DNA of 64,000 nucleotides from Octopus vulgaris (GCA_951406725.2 OX597815.1:208258001-208322000); one strand, 5' to 3'; positions 52,205 through 64,000 are shown, counted from the first letter of the stretch. The notes: generated from the letters alone by a model not told the origin. A program made the numbers and translations.

Positions 52205-53239
52205 AATAACAAACAAGATGAGGACAAATATCCATCGAATGAAAATAATGTAAATAATGTAAATAATTCCTCATCTCTTAAATGTAGAACTGTATCACCA
52301 CTATCCTACAACAAAACTTTTTTTGAACATATTCCTTTTCTGTGTATATGTGTGTATGTACCAGTGTCTCTATGTACCTATAGGGAAGTCATTCCAACAC
52401 ACACACTTTCCATTTGGGTTAGTTTGTCTGTTTCATGGAGTATTCATGGACTGGTTGACCTGATATGCTTTGGTCTTAGAAACTGGAGAAATTCTCCTTC
52501 AATTAAAATTGGTAAACTATGAAAAATCACGTAAAAGAAATAAAGAAACTATTTTTTTCTAATTTCCTGTTTTTCCTTATTTAAAATTTCATATATTACA
52601 TCTTTATTGAGCTCCCTCACTAAATGTTTTTATGATATAATTGTGAAATATTTATCCATGCAATTGCTCTACCTCTCACCTCTCTCTTTCTCTCCTTTCT
52701 CACTTCTCTTTGCAACTAGGGTAGCCATGTATCTCCTCTCCTCTTAAGCAAGACACCTACCTCTATTCCTATATCATTCTCTAACCTTTCATTACCTGGC
52801 ACAAAGCCATCTCTTCCTCAGATTACTTCCCACTCAGTCGAGGGGTTATGTCTTTCAAGCTGCTTGGTAACCTCACTGGTGCTGGTGCCATGTAAAAGAT
52901 ACTCACTCTGCTCTGAGAAGTGGCTGGCATTAGGGAGGGCAATCAGCTGTACAAACCATAGCAAAGCAGATAGTAGAGCTTGGCACCAGTCTTCTGGTTT
53001 GCCTACTCCTGTCAACCTACTAAATGATGATGATGATCTGATTATATTTGGTACTGTCTTTGCACTCTTGAGACATGGGAGCCACGCTAACTCATTTTTG
53101 ATAGTAGAATACGTTCCTGAATTTTCTCTTTCATATGACGTAGCTTTAACACATGATATAATTTTAACAAATTAAACAAAAAAAAAAGCATTTGAGTAAA
53201 AAAAAACATTCGAGCGGAAAAAAATTCGAGCGAAAAAAA

Positions 53240-53521
53240 AACATTTAAGCGAGGTCGTTGCCAGTGCCGCTGGACTGGCTCCTGTGCAGGTGGCATGTAA
53301 AAAGCACTATTTGAGAGTGGCCACTGCCAGTACTGCCTGACTGGCCTTCGTCAGTAGCACCCACTACACTCATGGAGTGGTTGGTGTTAGGAAGGGCATC
53401 CAGCTGTAGAAACTCTGCCAGATCATATTGGAGCCTGGTGCAGCCATCTGGTTCACCAGCCCTCAGTCAAATCGTCCAACCCATGCTAGCATGGAAAGAG
53501 GACGTTAAATGATGATGATGA
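53240..53521 (+). mobile_element. RTE-LINE 3' end fragment
   Basis: Shared 3' UTR and (GAT)n tail. Further fragments lie at ~10970-11071, 50370-50560, 52855-53037 and 61785-61922. Confidence 0.75.
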
Positions 53522-53726
53522 CAAATCAGTAACTGCAAACAGTTTAACATCATAATGAGGGTTACGTTAGCGTTTGAAACAAAATGACATGAATTTTGAT
53601 GGAAGATTTTATTTAGATTACTTTAAAAGAGAAAGTTTGTGTCATAGAATGAGGGTTTGTCGCAGGTGGGTGGGTCTCAAAATGGTTGAGAGACTATTCA
53701 TTTGCAAGCAATAGAAAGACATTTCT

Positions 53727-54143
53727 ATTGCAGTGAGCTGGCAGAAATGTTAGCATGCCAGGCGAAGTGCTTAGTGGTATTTTGTCTGCCGTTACGTTCT
53801 GAGTTCAAATTCTGCCGAGGTCGACTTTGCCTTTCATCCTTCTGGGGTTGATAAATTAAACACCAGTTACGCACTAGAGTCGATATAATCGACTTAATCT
53901 GTTTGTCTGTCCATGTTTATTCCTTCTGTGCTTAGCCCCTTGTGGGTAGTAAAGAAATAGGTATTTTGTATGCCATTATGTTCTGAGTTTAAATTCTGCC
54001 AAGGTCAACTTTGCCTTTCATCCTTTCGGGGTTGATAAATTAAGTACCAGTTATGCACTGTGATAGATGTAATTGACTTAATCCCTTTGTCCTTGATTGT
54101 CCCCTCCGTGTGTAGCCCCTTGTGAGCAATAAAGAAATAAAAA
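53727..54143 (+). mobile_element. SINE family B dimer with 17 bp TSD
   Basis: TSD AATAGAAAGACATTTCT at 53710-53726 and 54144-54160. The second unit lacks the 5' ~45 nt. Confidence 0.88.
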
Positions 54144-54533
54144 AATAGAAAGACATTTCTGGTCTAAAGATAACATTCACTCTTCCTCTCACCAATTATG
54201 TGGGTCCTATAAAAAAAAAATCAATAACACTGTATTTTCTTAACAAAAATCTAAACAAATATATGAACCACAAAGGAAATTCGCATATACAACATGTGAA
54301 TGTTAATCTGTATATTATGTATGTATAGTAGGGTTGCAAGCTTGTAGAATGCATAGTGGCATTTTGTCCATCTTTACATTCTGAGTTCAAATTCTGTTGG
54401 AGTTCATTTTGCCTTTCATCCTTTCAGGGTCAATAAAATAAGTACCAGTTGAACACTGGAGTGAATATAATCAACTTAATCTCTCCTTCAAAATTGCTGG
54501 CCTTGTGCCAAACTTTGAAACATTATGCATGTA

Positions 54534-55870
54534 CATGATCTGATACATAAATATCTGGACTGTTGTCATAGTGATGAAGCTAAAGCATGCAGAGTGAAGC
54601 TGCTTGGTATGGATTGACCTTGAATTCTGTTGTGCATGTGCATCAAGTTTTAATGTTCTAACTCATTTCCACTGTTTACAGCAGTGCTTGGAAGGAAGGT
54701 GTGTAGCATGTGATAAATGCATTGACCATGACAGAGAAAGTTAGGCAGAGAAATTGCATCGGATTTTACCAAAAGCTTGGCGATACCTGCTCAGAAGCCT
54801 ATGCAAAGCTTACAAAAGGTTTTGATCATTCTCAACACAATCAAGATCTTGTACAACTGAAACCTGAGTGTCTTTTTGGTCAGCTGAAAGTAGTTTTGGC
54901 ACAAACTTGGCAGACATGCATCTGACACCCAAATCTTCAGTGATAACGGACTGAACTGAACCGTAACTTATCTGCACATCATCTGATATATTTCTTTACT
55001 ACTCACAAGGAGCTAAACACAGAGGGGACAAACAAAGACAGACAAATGGATTAAGTCGATTACATCGACCCCAGTGTGTGACTGGTATTTAATTTATCGA
55101 CCCCGAAAGGATGTAAGGCAAAGTCGAACTCGGCGGAATTTGAACTCAGAACGTAAAGACAGAGGAAATACCTATTTCTTTACTACCCGCAAGGGGCTAA
55201 ACACAGAGGGAACAAACAAGGACAGACAAACAGATTAAGTCGATTATATCGATCTCAGTGCGTAACTGGTTCTTAATTTATCGACCCCGAAAGGATGTAA
55301 GGCAAAGTTGACCTCAGCGGAAATTGAACTCAGAACGTAACAGCCGACGAAATATGGCTACGCATTTCGCCCAGCGTGCTAACGTTTCTGCCAGGTCACC
55401 GCCTTTCTGCTCATCATCTGATAACTCATGGATGGTGATTTGACAATTTTCCCTCACAGATGCACGCACATCTGCAATGTTTGTCCTCAGTTCTGCTGGT
55501 TGTGGGTCTCCCAGAGTGTTTGTCAATATCTACATTTTTTTTTTTTTTTGGCAATCTTAGAAATGTATGAACCACTCGTACACTTGTGTGCGGCTCATAC
55601 ACTCTTCTCCACACACTTTCTGCAACTTCGCGTAGGCCTCTGAGCAGGTACTGCCATGACAACTTACTCTGTAATAGTCAATGTGAAGATCACATGCTAC
55701 ACACCTTCCTTCCAAGCACTTCTGTAAACAGTAGAAGTGAGCTAGAATGTTAAAACTTAGTGAACATGCCCAGCAGAATTCAAGGTCAATCTTTGCCAAA
55801 TGGCTTCACTCTGTGTACTTTAGCTTTGTTACTATGGCAACAATCCGGATACTTATTGATCTAACCTTGT
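54534..55870. mobile_element. Mariner derivative made of two inverted 5' ends, interrupted by a SINE dimer
   Basis: The plus arm translates MTEKVRQRNCIGFYQKLGDTCSEAYAKL. The minus arm translates SEAYAKLQKVCGEECMSRTQVYEWF..SGRPTTSRT..ITIHELSDD|VQISYGSVQSVITEDLG...SAKFVPKLLS. The termini are mutually inverted and TA-flanked. Confidence 0.8.
54989..55411 (-). mobile_element. SINE family B dimer with 12 bp TSD
   Basis: TSD CATCATCTGATA at 54977-54988 and 55412-55423. Confidence 0.88.
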
Positions 55871-55889
55871 ATAGTTTTTTTTTATACTA

Positions 55890-56700
55890 GTGAAGGCGTG
55901 TAGTCTGGTGGTTAGGGTATTCAGCTGACGACCATAAGGTCGTGAGTTTGATTCCTAGTGGTGTGTTGTCTCCTTAAGCAAGACACTTTATTTCATGTTG
56001 CTCCTGTCAACTGAGCTGACAAAAATGAGTAGTACCTCTGTTTCAAAGGGCCAGACTTTCCACATTCTGTGTCATGCTGAAGGGGCCAAACAGGCAGGAA
56101 CATTAGCATGCCAGGCAAAATGCTTTGGCGGTATTTCATCTGTCTTTACATTCTGAGTTCAGATTCCGCCAAGGTCAACTTTGCCTTTCATCCTTTCAGG
56201 GTCGATTAAATAAATACCAGTTACACACTTGGGTCAATGTAATCGACTTAATCCCTTTGTCTGTCCTTGTTTGTCCCCTCTATGTTTAGTCCCCCTGTGG
56301 GCAATAAAGAAAGAAATATTTAGAAACAAGGAAGGCAGCAAGCTGGCAGAAACGTTAGCATGCTGGGCGAAATGCTTAGAAGTATTTCATTTGTCTTTAC
56401 ATTCTGAGTTCAAATTTCAGCGAGGTCGACTTTGCCATTCATCCTTACAGGGTCGATAAATTAATTACCAGTTGCATACTGGGGGTCAATCTAATCAACT
56501 GGCCCCCTCCCCAAAAAATTTCGAGCCTTGTGCCTAGAGTAGAAAAGATTCTGTGTCAAGCTGAATCTCCCTGAGAACTACATTAGGAGTACCTATGTCT
56601 GTGGAGCGCTCAGCCACTTGCATGTTAATTTCATGAACGGGTTTTTCTATTGACTGGATCAGCTGGAACCCTTGTCATCGTAACTGACAGAATGCCAGTC
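55890..56700 (+). mobile_element. SINE family C copy split by two tandem family B copies (~56085-56548)
   Basis: 'attctgtgtca.gctgaa' occurs on both sides of the B copies. The C body resumes at ~56550. Confidence 0.7.
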
Positions 56701-56747
56701 TTTTCTCTGTAAGTCTTATCCATGCCAGCAAGACAGGCGGACGTTAA

Positions 56748-56778
<31 letters not shown>

Positions 56779-57903
56779 AGATGATGACATGTAGATGTTA
56801 GGTCATTACTCTAAGAACTATGTCTATATGCATGTATGCAGACTATGCATATCAGTATGAGCATGTGTGTGTGTGTCTGTGTGTGTGTTTGTGTGTGTGT
56901 GTGTGTGATGAAATGGTTGGTTCTTATAATCTGAATTGCTTTCACAGCAAGTAGAAGTCAACATTTTGAAAAATTTGTTTTTTTGTCGGCATCTGCGGCA
57001 TCATCATCGTCATCATCGTCATCATCATCGGTATGTACGTACATACATACATACAAACAATTATCATTCTCATCCTCATTGACGTAATCGTCCATACCAC
57101 CGTCATCGTCATCATCGTCGTCACTCTCATCTTCTTTACCACCATCACCATTAACATGGTCATCATCTCTCTCTCTCTCTCTCTGTAACATCATAGTCAG
57201 AATCATCATCATCATCGTCGTCGTCAGTAGCAGCATCACAATCATCATCATCATCATCATCATCTTTGAGATCATGATAACTATTTTCTCCTTTTCAAAG
57301 AACGATTGCTACATAATGACAGCAACAACAGCAACAACAACAAAAAAACAAAAATACAATGAAAATACCTTGGAGATATAAGTGTGTCGTGATTGTGTGT
57401 ACATGTGTGTATACACGATTATGTTGTGATTGTATGTGTGTGTGTGTGTGTACGACTGTGTGTGTGCGTGTGTCATTGTGTATTAGATTATTGGCCTCTT
57501 TATTCATTTTTTATTAACAATACTACGTCTAGACAGAAACATATCGTAAGCATTTCCCGTTCAATAATGTATGTGTTTATATAAAACGACAATTTTGTGT
57601 TGGTAAGAACATGTAAAAAATTCCTACAAATGCATCTGCTTTCTCTATGTTCTTTTATAAATGTCTTTGATTTACTTACAAATAAATATATATATATGTA
57701 TCCGCAGACGCACACACACACACACGCATAAGCATAGGTATGGCTCTGTAGTTAAAAGGTTTGCTTTCCAAGCAAATGGTTTTGAGTTCAGTCCCACTGT
57801 GTGGTACCTTGGGAAAATGTTTTCTTTAGCCTTGTAATGACCAAAGCTTTGTAATTGTATCTGGCATTTGACTGGCCAAAACTGTAAGAACCTTTTGTAT
57901 ATA

Positions 57904-59525
57904 CAGGGTGTCCCAGAAGTCACTGATGGGGTTTTAATAATGTCCTTAACTTTACAAATAAATGCATGAAATTTTGATACAATAAAAGAATATAATGGAA
58001 ATTAATAGGTACAAGTCAAATTTTGCAACACCCCAACACCACCAAGTCCAAATTAATGGTTCGTGGTCCGACGTCTCCAGTGCGAGCAGTGGCGTGCCTC
58101 AAGGTTCAGTGCTTGGGCCCTTATTGTTCTTAGTCTTCATAAATGACTTGCCCGACGAGCTCACGCAACACACCCTTCTATTTGCCGACGATGTCAAACT
58201 GGTCGCTCCTCGCGGTGATATAGATGATCTTCATCGATGCCTCCACCAAGTTTGGAGATGGTCTAACGAATGGGACCTGTGTCTGGACATGTCAAAGTAC
58301 TGTCATCTGCCTGTTGGCTCTCCTCCTGCAACTCAACTTGATTTCGAGCCGGGTCATCTGCTGCTGGAGAGGACTGATCAGGTAAAGGACCTGGGTATCT
58401 TGGTGGATTCCTCCTTTTCGCCTTTGGCCCAGTGCGTCCATGCTGCCAACAAAGCACGTGGAGTTCTGTTCTTGATTCGATGGTCATTCGGAATGCTCAC
58501 AGCAGCCTACCACTCTATGTCACACTGGTGAGACCCATATTTGAGTACGGGATTCAAGCCTCTTCTCCTTATCTCCTCAAAGACATACAGCATCTCGAAA
58601 GAGTCCAGAAGCTGGCTACTCGCATGGTTCTTGGTCTCAAGAATTTGTCTTATGAAAAAAGGCTGAAGACGCTCGACCTTTATTCTCTAGAAAAACGACG
58701 CCGCCGTAGTGATCTCATTCTTGCTCACAACATCATAAGCGGAAAGTGTAACCTCTCAAAAGAGCTGTTCTTCACTCCTGCTACAGAGCGTCGGCTGCAG
58801 GGGTCATTCCAAAAAGCTCTATCTGCGACGATTTCATCTCAATCGAAGGAGAGGGGCTTTCTCTGTCCGGGTTGCGGATCCGTGGAATAAGCTGCCGGAC
58901 GAGATGGTGAAGATGCCGACAACCGCTCGGTTCAAAGTCTCTCTTGACCACAAGTGACCTGAACTCTTTACCTGAACACCACCCTGTACATAACTCCATG
59001 TCCCCCTACATGGCCTTGCTTTTTGAGCCAAAGAATTAACTAACTAACTAACTAACCACCTATGAAAAATGGCATTGCTTAAATGGCAGCCATTTTCAGC
59101 TTTGCACACCTGTGCTCTTTCCAAAACTTGCACCATAACACCCTCAAGAGTTTCAGACCCCACTTCTTTGATTTCTCTATTGATGTTCTCATTCACTTCC
59201 ACCAGGGTCTCCTGTTTGTTGACGTAAACCCTCTCTGGTGGATGTGAATGAGAACATCAATAGAGAAATCAAAGAAGTGGGGTCTGAAACTCTTGAGGGT
59301 GTTATGGTGCAAGTCTTGGAAAGAGCACAGGTGTGTGAAGCTGAAAATGGCTGCCATTTAAGCAATGCAATTTTTCATAGGTGATGTAGGGGTGTTGCAA
59401 AATTTGACTTGTGCATATTAATTTCCATTATATTCTTTTATTGTATCAAAATTTCATGCATTTATTTGTAAAGTTAAAGAAATAATTAAAAATTGAAACC
59501 CATCAGTGACTTTTGGGACACCCTG
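57904..59525. mobile_element. Tc1/mariner fold-back MITE (arms ~290 bp) interrupted by a CR1-type LINE
   Basis: The ends are TA|CAGGGTGTCCC and GGGACACCCTG. The left arm (57904-58043 plus 59061-~59203) is the reverse complement of ~59232-59525. Confidence 0.88.
58044..59054 (+). mobile_element. 5'-truncated CR1-group LINE with (TAAC)n tail
   Basis: Motifs SGVPQGSVLGPLLFLVFINDLP, LFADDVKL, KDLGILVD and LERVQKLATRMV...LSYEKRLK.LDLYSLEKRR are present, with frameshifts. A flanking ACCACC repeat lies at 58038-58043 and 59055-59060. Confidence 0.92.
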
Positions 59526-60324
59526 TTTATCCATATATGTACCTTCACAACACACACACATGTATAGGTGAAGGTGCGTGGCTCAGTGGTTAGAGTGTCA
59601 GGTTTATAATATTGAGGTTTTGAGTTCAGTTCCTGGACCAAGCTGTGTGTTGAGCTCCAGTTTACTCAGCTGTAGAAATGAGTTGCAATGTCACACATGT
59701 CAAGCTCTATCAGCCTTTGCTTTTGCCCAGGACAACATCAGTAGCATGGAGATGTGAGGCTGGTATGCATGGGCAACTGCTGGTCTTCCATAAACAACCT
59801 TGCTCGGACTTATGCCTGGGAGAGGAACTTTTTAGGTGCAGTCCCATAGTCATAAGCCACCAATTTCTGGCCTCTTAATTCCCGCAATTATAATCACATG
59901 GTTGAGAACGACACCAACCACTTAGCCTGCAACACCAAAGCTAAGCAGGTGGTCAAGATTAAAGAGGTTTTCGAAGATCTTCCCAGGGACACAGTGAGGA
60001 ATAGATGCACCAGGCTCTGGAGCGATCTTGAGGTCCATACTGGAAGCTGACTGCTCCTATGAGGGAGTGCTGAAAAGTGTCTGGCTTTTAGGGTATTGTG
60101 AAAGGCTTGGTTTGAGGCATAACCTTCCAAGTTCTTTTACAGAGCTTAGAAAAACTGAAGGACCTCTGCAATAAGATTATGAATCTGAGAGAGGAATACA
60201 TTGAATAAAATTATAATCAACTGATCCACCTGTATTTTCTTTTACTCAAAACCAGGCTAGATCTGCTCCAATAATTACTGGAGCAGATGTAGCTTGTGTC
60301 TGTGTTCTACCTCCTGTTATCCAC

Positions 60325-60804
60325 TTGACAACCAGTGCTGGTGGGTTGAAGTCCCTGTAACTTAGCAGTTCAGTAAAAGAGACTGATAGAATAAGTACCA
60401 AACTTTAAAAAATTAAATACTGGGTGTCAATACATTCAACTAAAAATTCTCCAAGGTGGAGCCCCAGCTTGGTCACAGTTTAAATTGACAACCGGTGCTG
60501 GTGGGTTGAGGTCCCTGTAACTTAGCAGTTCAGTAAAAGAGACTGATAGAATAAGTGTCAAACTTTAAAAACTTAAATACTGGGTGTCAATACATTCAAC
60601 TAAAAATTCTCCAAGGTGGAGCCCCAACTTGGCCACAGTTTAAATTGACAACTGGTGCTGGTGGGTTGAAGTCCCTGTAACTTAGCAGTTCAGTAAAAGA
60701 GTCTGATAGAATAAGTATCAAACTTTAAAAAATTAAATACTGGGTGTCGATACATTCAACTAAACATTCTCCAAGGCGGAGCCCCAGCTTGGCCGCAGTC
60801 TAAT
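60325..60804 (+). repeat. Three tandem 160 bp units derived from the SINE A 3' half
   Basis: Units start 'ttgacaac' at 60325, 60485 and 60645. Confidence 0.92.
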
Positions 60805-60870
60805 GATTGAAACACGTATAAGACAAAAAATAAATGATAACAGACACTTAAGTATTATTGTATTAACAAA

Positions 60871-61243
60871 CTAGCAGTATCGCCTGGCGTTGCTCGGGTT
60901 TGTAAGGGAAATAACTATAAAGCATTTTTAGAGAGTTATAGCCAAAAAATGGAAAAAAAAATTATGGTAAATTTTTTTTTTAGTTAAAAAGGTCGAGTTG
61001 CGTCCCCTAGACAGTCTGTGGTTTGTGTTTCTGATTCTCGACCCCATGTCGAATTTATCGATTTTTTTCAGAACTGGGGGAACTTTTCAAAATTTTCGGT
61101 GCGTTAGTTTTGAATTATGACATTGGGCTATGTGTGTGTCAAGTTTGATCAGAATCGGATGAAAGCCGTGGTCAGGGTGAGGGTACAAGCAAACAGACAC
61201 ACAGACACACACACAGACAAACTGCCGTTTATATATAGAGAGA
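60871..61243 (-). mobile_element. Non-autonomous Helitron
   Basis: A|TC...hairpin...CTAG|T. Nearly identical to 24412-24786. Confidence 0.85.
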
Positions 61244-62613
61244 TGATGGCAGAAATTCAGATGTCAAGTATACTTGTGAAGATTGTTCTTACTTCTTCTT
61301 CTTAGCATCAGTTATTACATTTATGCTTATTAAAATTTCGCTCAGTTTACAGAGTAAATACACATTTGTCAGTTCTCTAACACCTCTTCAATAGTTATGG
61401 GTGTTAAGAATTCACAGGTTGTTATTAGACAATTTGGTACCAAATTGGTCACAGAGCACGGGAAAAGTGATGCAGCTGAAATACTCAGACAAATATTGCC
61501 ACAACCAATGCTTTCTCTACATAATTTTAAAATGAAGTTAAGCTAAAATATTTCAAGGTATTACAATACTATAATACTAATTATGAATAATATAGGTAAT
61601 TTGTTTATTGAATGTGGTAAAAAAAAAAACCCCAAAAGTTACAGCATTTGAACAGATGTTAAAGGGTGATGATGATGATGAGGAGGATGAAGATGATAAT
61701 GATGATGATAATGATGATGATGACGATGATGAGGAAACACATAATATGTATATATGCCTATATCTCTTTCTCTCTCTCATATATATCATCATCATCGTTT
61801 AACATCCGCTTTCCATGCTAGCATGAGTTGGACGGTTCAACTGGGGTCTGGGAAGCCGAAGGCTGCACCAGGCCAGTCTGATCTGGCAGTGTTTCTACAG
61901 CTCGATGCCCTTCCTAACGCCATATATATATATATATATATATAGATATATATATATAGATATATATATATCCCTCTCTTGATCTTTTCTGTTTTTCTCT
62001 CTCACCCTTTCCCTATTCTTCTCCTCTCCCCTTCACCATTCCCTCTCTCTCTCTCACTCTTCCTCCTTGACTCTCTCGTTGCACACACGTGACCAACGAC
62101 CATTCTTTCTTTCTTCCACATCCTTCCTAAAGACAAAACGTACTTTTATCTGTCATTTCTCAAAGTTCGTTTTTCCAGCGTCCACCACTTCACATCGACT
62201 TGGTTTAACAGCCCTCACCATTTGCTTTTACTGTTTTGTTCTCACTGTCCCGTTTTTGTTACCACTTTCACCCTCCACAAAAAATCCCAACTTTTATTTA
62301 ATTTCCTTTGCAGGAAGGACAGTTTTAACGAAGTTGCATCTTGTCCTTACCTTCAAAACGCTGAGTAGATAAAACAGGGGACAACTGATGAAGGGAATGT
62401 TCTTTATGTTGCATGTCTCGTTTCTCTGTTTGCTTTTTTTTATTGTTCAAAAAAATTTCGTTTTCTATGTTTTTGTTTTTTATATTCTCATTTCTCATTC
62501 TGTCTCATTTTTTTTTATGTCCTGTACTCATATATGCATATATACATATATACGTAGGTACGTACATATATTTATGTATATACGCAGATATTTATATATT
62601 ATGTGAGTTATAC

Positions 62614-62651
<38 letters not shown>

Positions 62652-62743
62652 TGTGTGTGTGTGTGTGTGTGTGTATACATATATAGATATATATATACAT
62701 GTATATATATATATATATATAGATAGATAGATATGCATACATG

Positions 62744-62777
<34 letters not shown>

Positions 62778-62780
<3 letters not shown>

Positions 62781-62976
62781 TGTACATTTAAACACATAAG
62801 AGGTAGCCATCATAGGATTCTTTGCATGCCAGAGAGGACAGTTAATTCCAAACCACTATTAGGGATAGAATTTCATTCAAAATTCTATCCCTAATAGTGG
62901 TTTGGAATTTAACTGCCCTCTCTAGCATGCAAAGAATCCTATGATGGCTACCTCTTATGTGTTTAAATGTAAACTG
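62778..62976. mobile_element. Near-perfect ~200 bp palindromic MITE with TA flanks
   Basis: TA|CAGTGTACATTTAAAC...AGAATTT cattca AAATTCT...GTTTAAATGTAAACTG|TA. Confidence 0.85.
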
Positions 62977-63072
62977 TATTTATATGAATAATATATAGTC
63001 TATTGACTAAATTTTTACACGCTAGGCCACTGGCAATGGAAATTTCAAATATTTCTGATTACCCTTTGACAT

Positions 63073-63105
<33 letters not shown>

Positions 63106-63888
63106 GCACGTTCTTAATATCTTGCAAGCCCAGCATCAGAAAATGTTTTGTTCTTTGCTTGCAAGGGTTTTCTGCTCTCTAAGCTCAGCACAGGAACAAT
63201 CATTAGTTTCTAGATTTTTTTCAAAAAGATGAAAATAAACTCTAAAACCAAACAAAAGCACTTGTCTAGTCATTAGTGACAATATGCAACTTACTTAAAA
63301 AAAAAAGTAAACACACTCCGTTCTGACTTAAATAACAGATAATATACCGCATCACCATTTAGCAGTTATTCCACATTCACATCCACCCACCCTTGTTAAA
63401 TTTGCCACCCAACAACACAGTTTTCATCCAATGGAAGCAATTTCCGTGCCACTAGTTAAGCCAGTTCTACGTGTTTGATGTTTGTTAGAGGGTTGCTTTG
63501 TTTTTCTTTTTAGATATTTGTGGAGTGTTTAGTATTCTAACAAACCTTCAAATAGCAAAGGTGGCCACCCCTTAACACATCTGCCTCTCTTCTATAAATC
63601 ATGACATGCCATCATTAATATGCCACTCTGTCGTCCTACAAAAAACCCTCTACTCGACCCTGTTCATTCTGCCCCCTGTCTTTTAGTCAGGAGAGAAGGG
63701 AGTGCTCATGATCCTTCACAGAGCCTCTGAAACTGGAATGAAGGAAGGAGAGAACAAGGGTGAATGGTTGCAGCAGAATGGACTCTATTAAAAGGCACCT
63801 TACATGCCAGTTGGTGTTGTTATTAAACCAGGTCAGTGGTTCCTGACCTGGGGTCCAGAATGGTAGTACTAGGGGTCCATGAACTATA

Positions 63889-64000
63889 TTACTCTTTTAC
63901 TTGTTTCAGTCATTTGACTGTGGCCATGCTGGAGCACCGCCTTTAGTCGAACAAATCGACCCCAGAACTTATTCTTTGTAAGCCTAGTACTTATTCTATT
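63889..64000 (-). mobile_element. SINE family A 3' end (runs off window)
   Basis: Reverse complement of the family A tail. Confidence 0.85.

Larger units (their letters stand above)
51929..52293. mobile_element. Fold-back element: two inverted copies of a PLE-type repeat around (TTA)n(TAA)n
   Basis: Arms at ~51929-52065 and ~52111-52255 are reverse complements. Each contains a hammerhead core. Confidence 0.8.
57735..60825 (+). mobile_element. Old SINE family A copy, head at 57735-57900 and tail at 60300-60825, with nested insertions
   Basis: The head ends at the TA microsatellite where the MITE is inserted. The 3' half resumes at ~60300. Confidence 0.5.

Noticed and set aside
56940-57360. 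Trinucleotide-rich block resembling the RasGRF leader, possible distal exon
   Set aside because: No coding signal or well-supported splice pair.

Overview
This window is AT-rich, microsatellite-saturated animal genomic DNA. Its repeat families look like those of octopus or another coleoid cephalopod (inference, no database search run). Only one host coding exon is recognisable: the first coding exon of a RasGRF1/2-like gene (N-terminal PH domain; minus strand, 13774-13508). An intron of more than 13.5 kb runs off the left edge. Upstream of the ATG lie a trinucleotide-rich leader and about 45 kb with no recognisable host exon. The rest is transposon-derived. It holds at least four tRNA-derived SINE families, including a ~4 kb head-to-tail array and dimers with target-site duplications (TSDs). 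It also holds two RTE LINE fragments, a CR1-type LINE, an R4/Dong-like 3' end, Penelope-like (PLE) ORF remnants, non-autonomous Helitrons, mariner remnants and several fold-back MITEs. The most unusual signals are minimal type-I hammerhead-ribozyme motifs. One pair sits in a ~330 bp palindrome at 51.9-52.3 kb, with further decayed candidates elsewhere and PLE protein remnants in the same window. Nearly all other ORFs in the track are microsatellite artefacts. Coordinates were read by eye and are approximate where no terminus or TSD is quoted. Family names come from remembered motifs.
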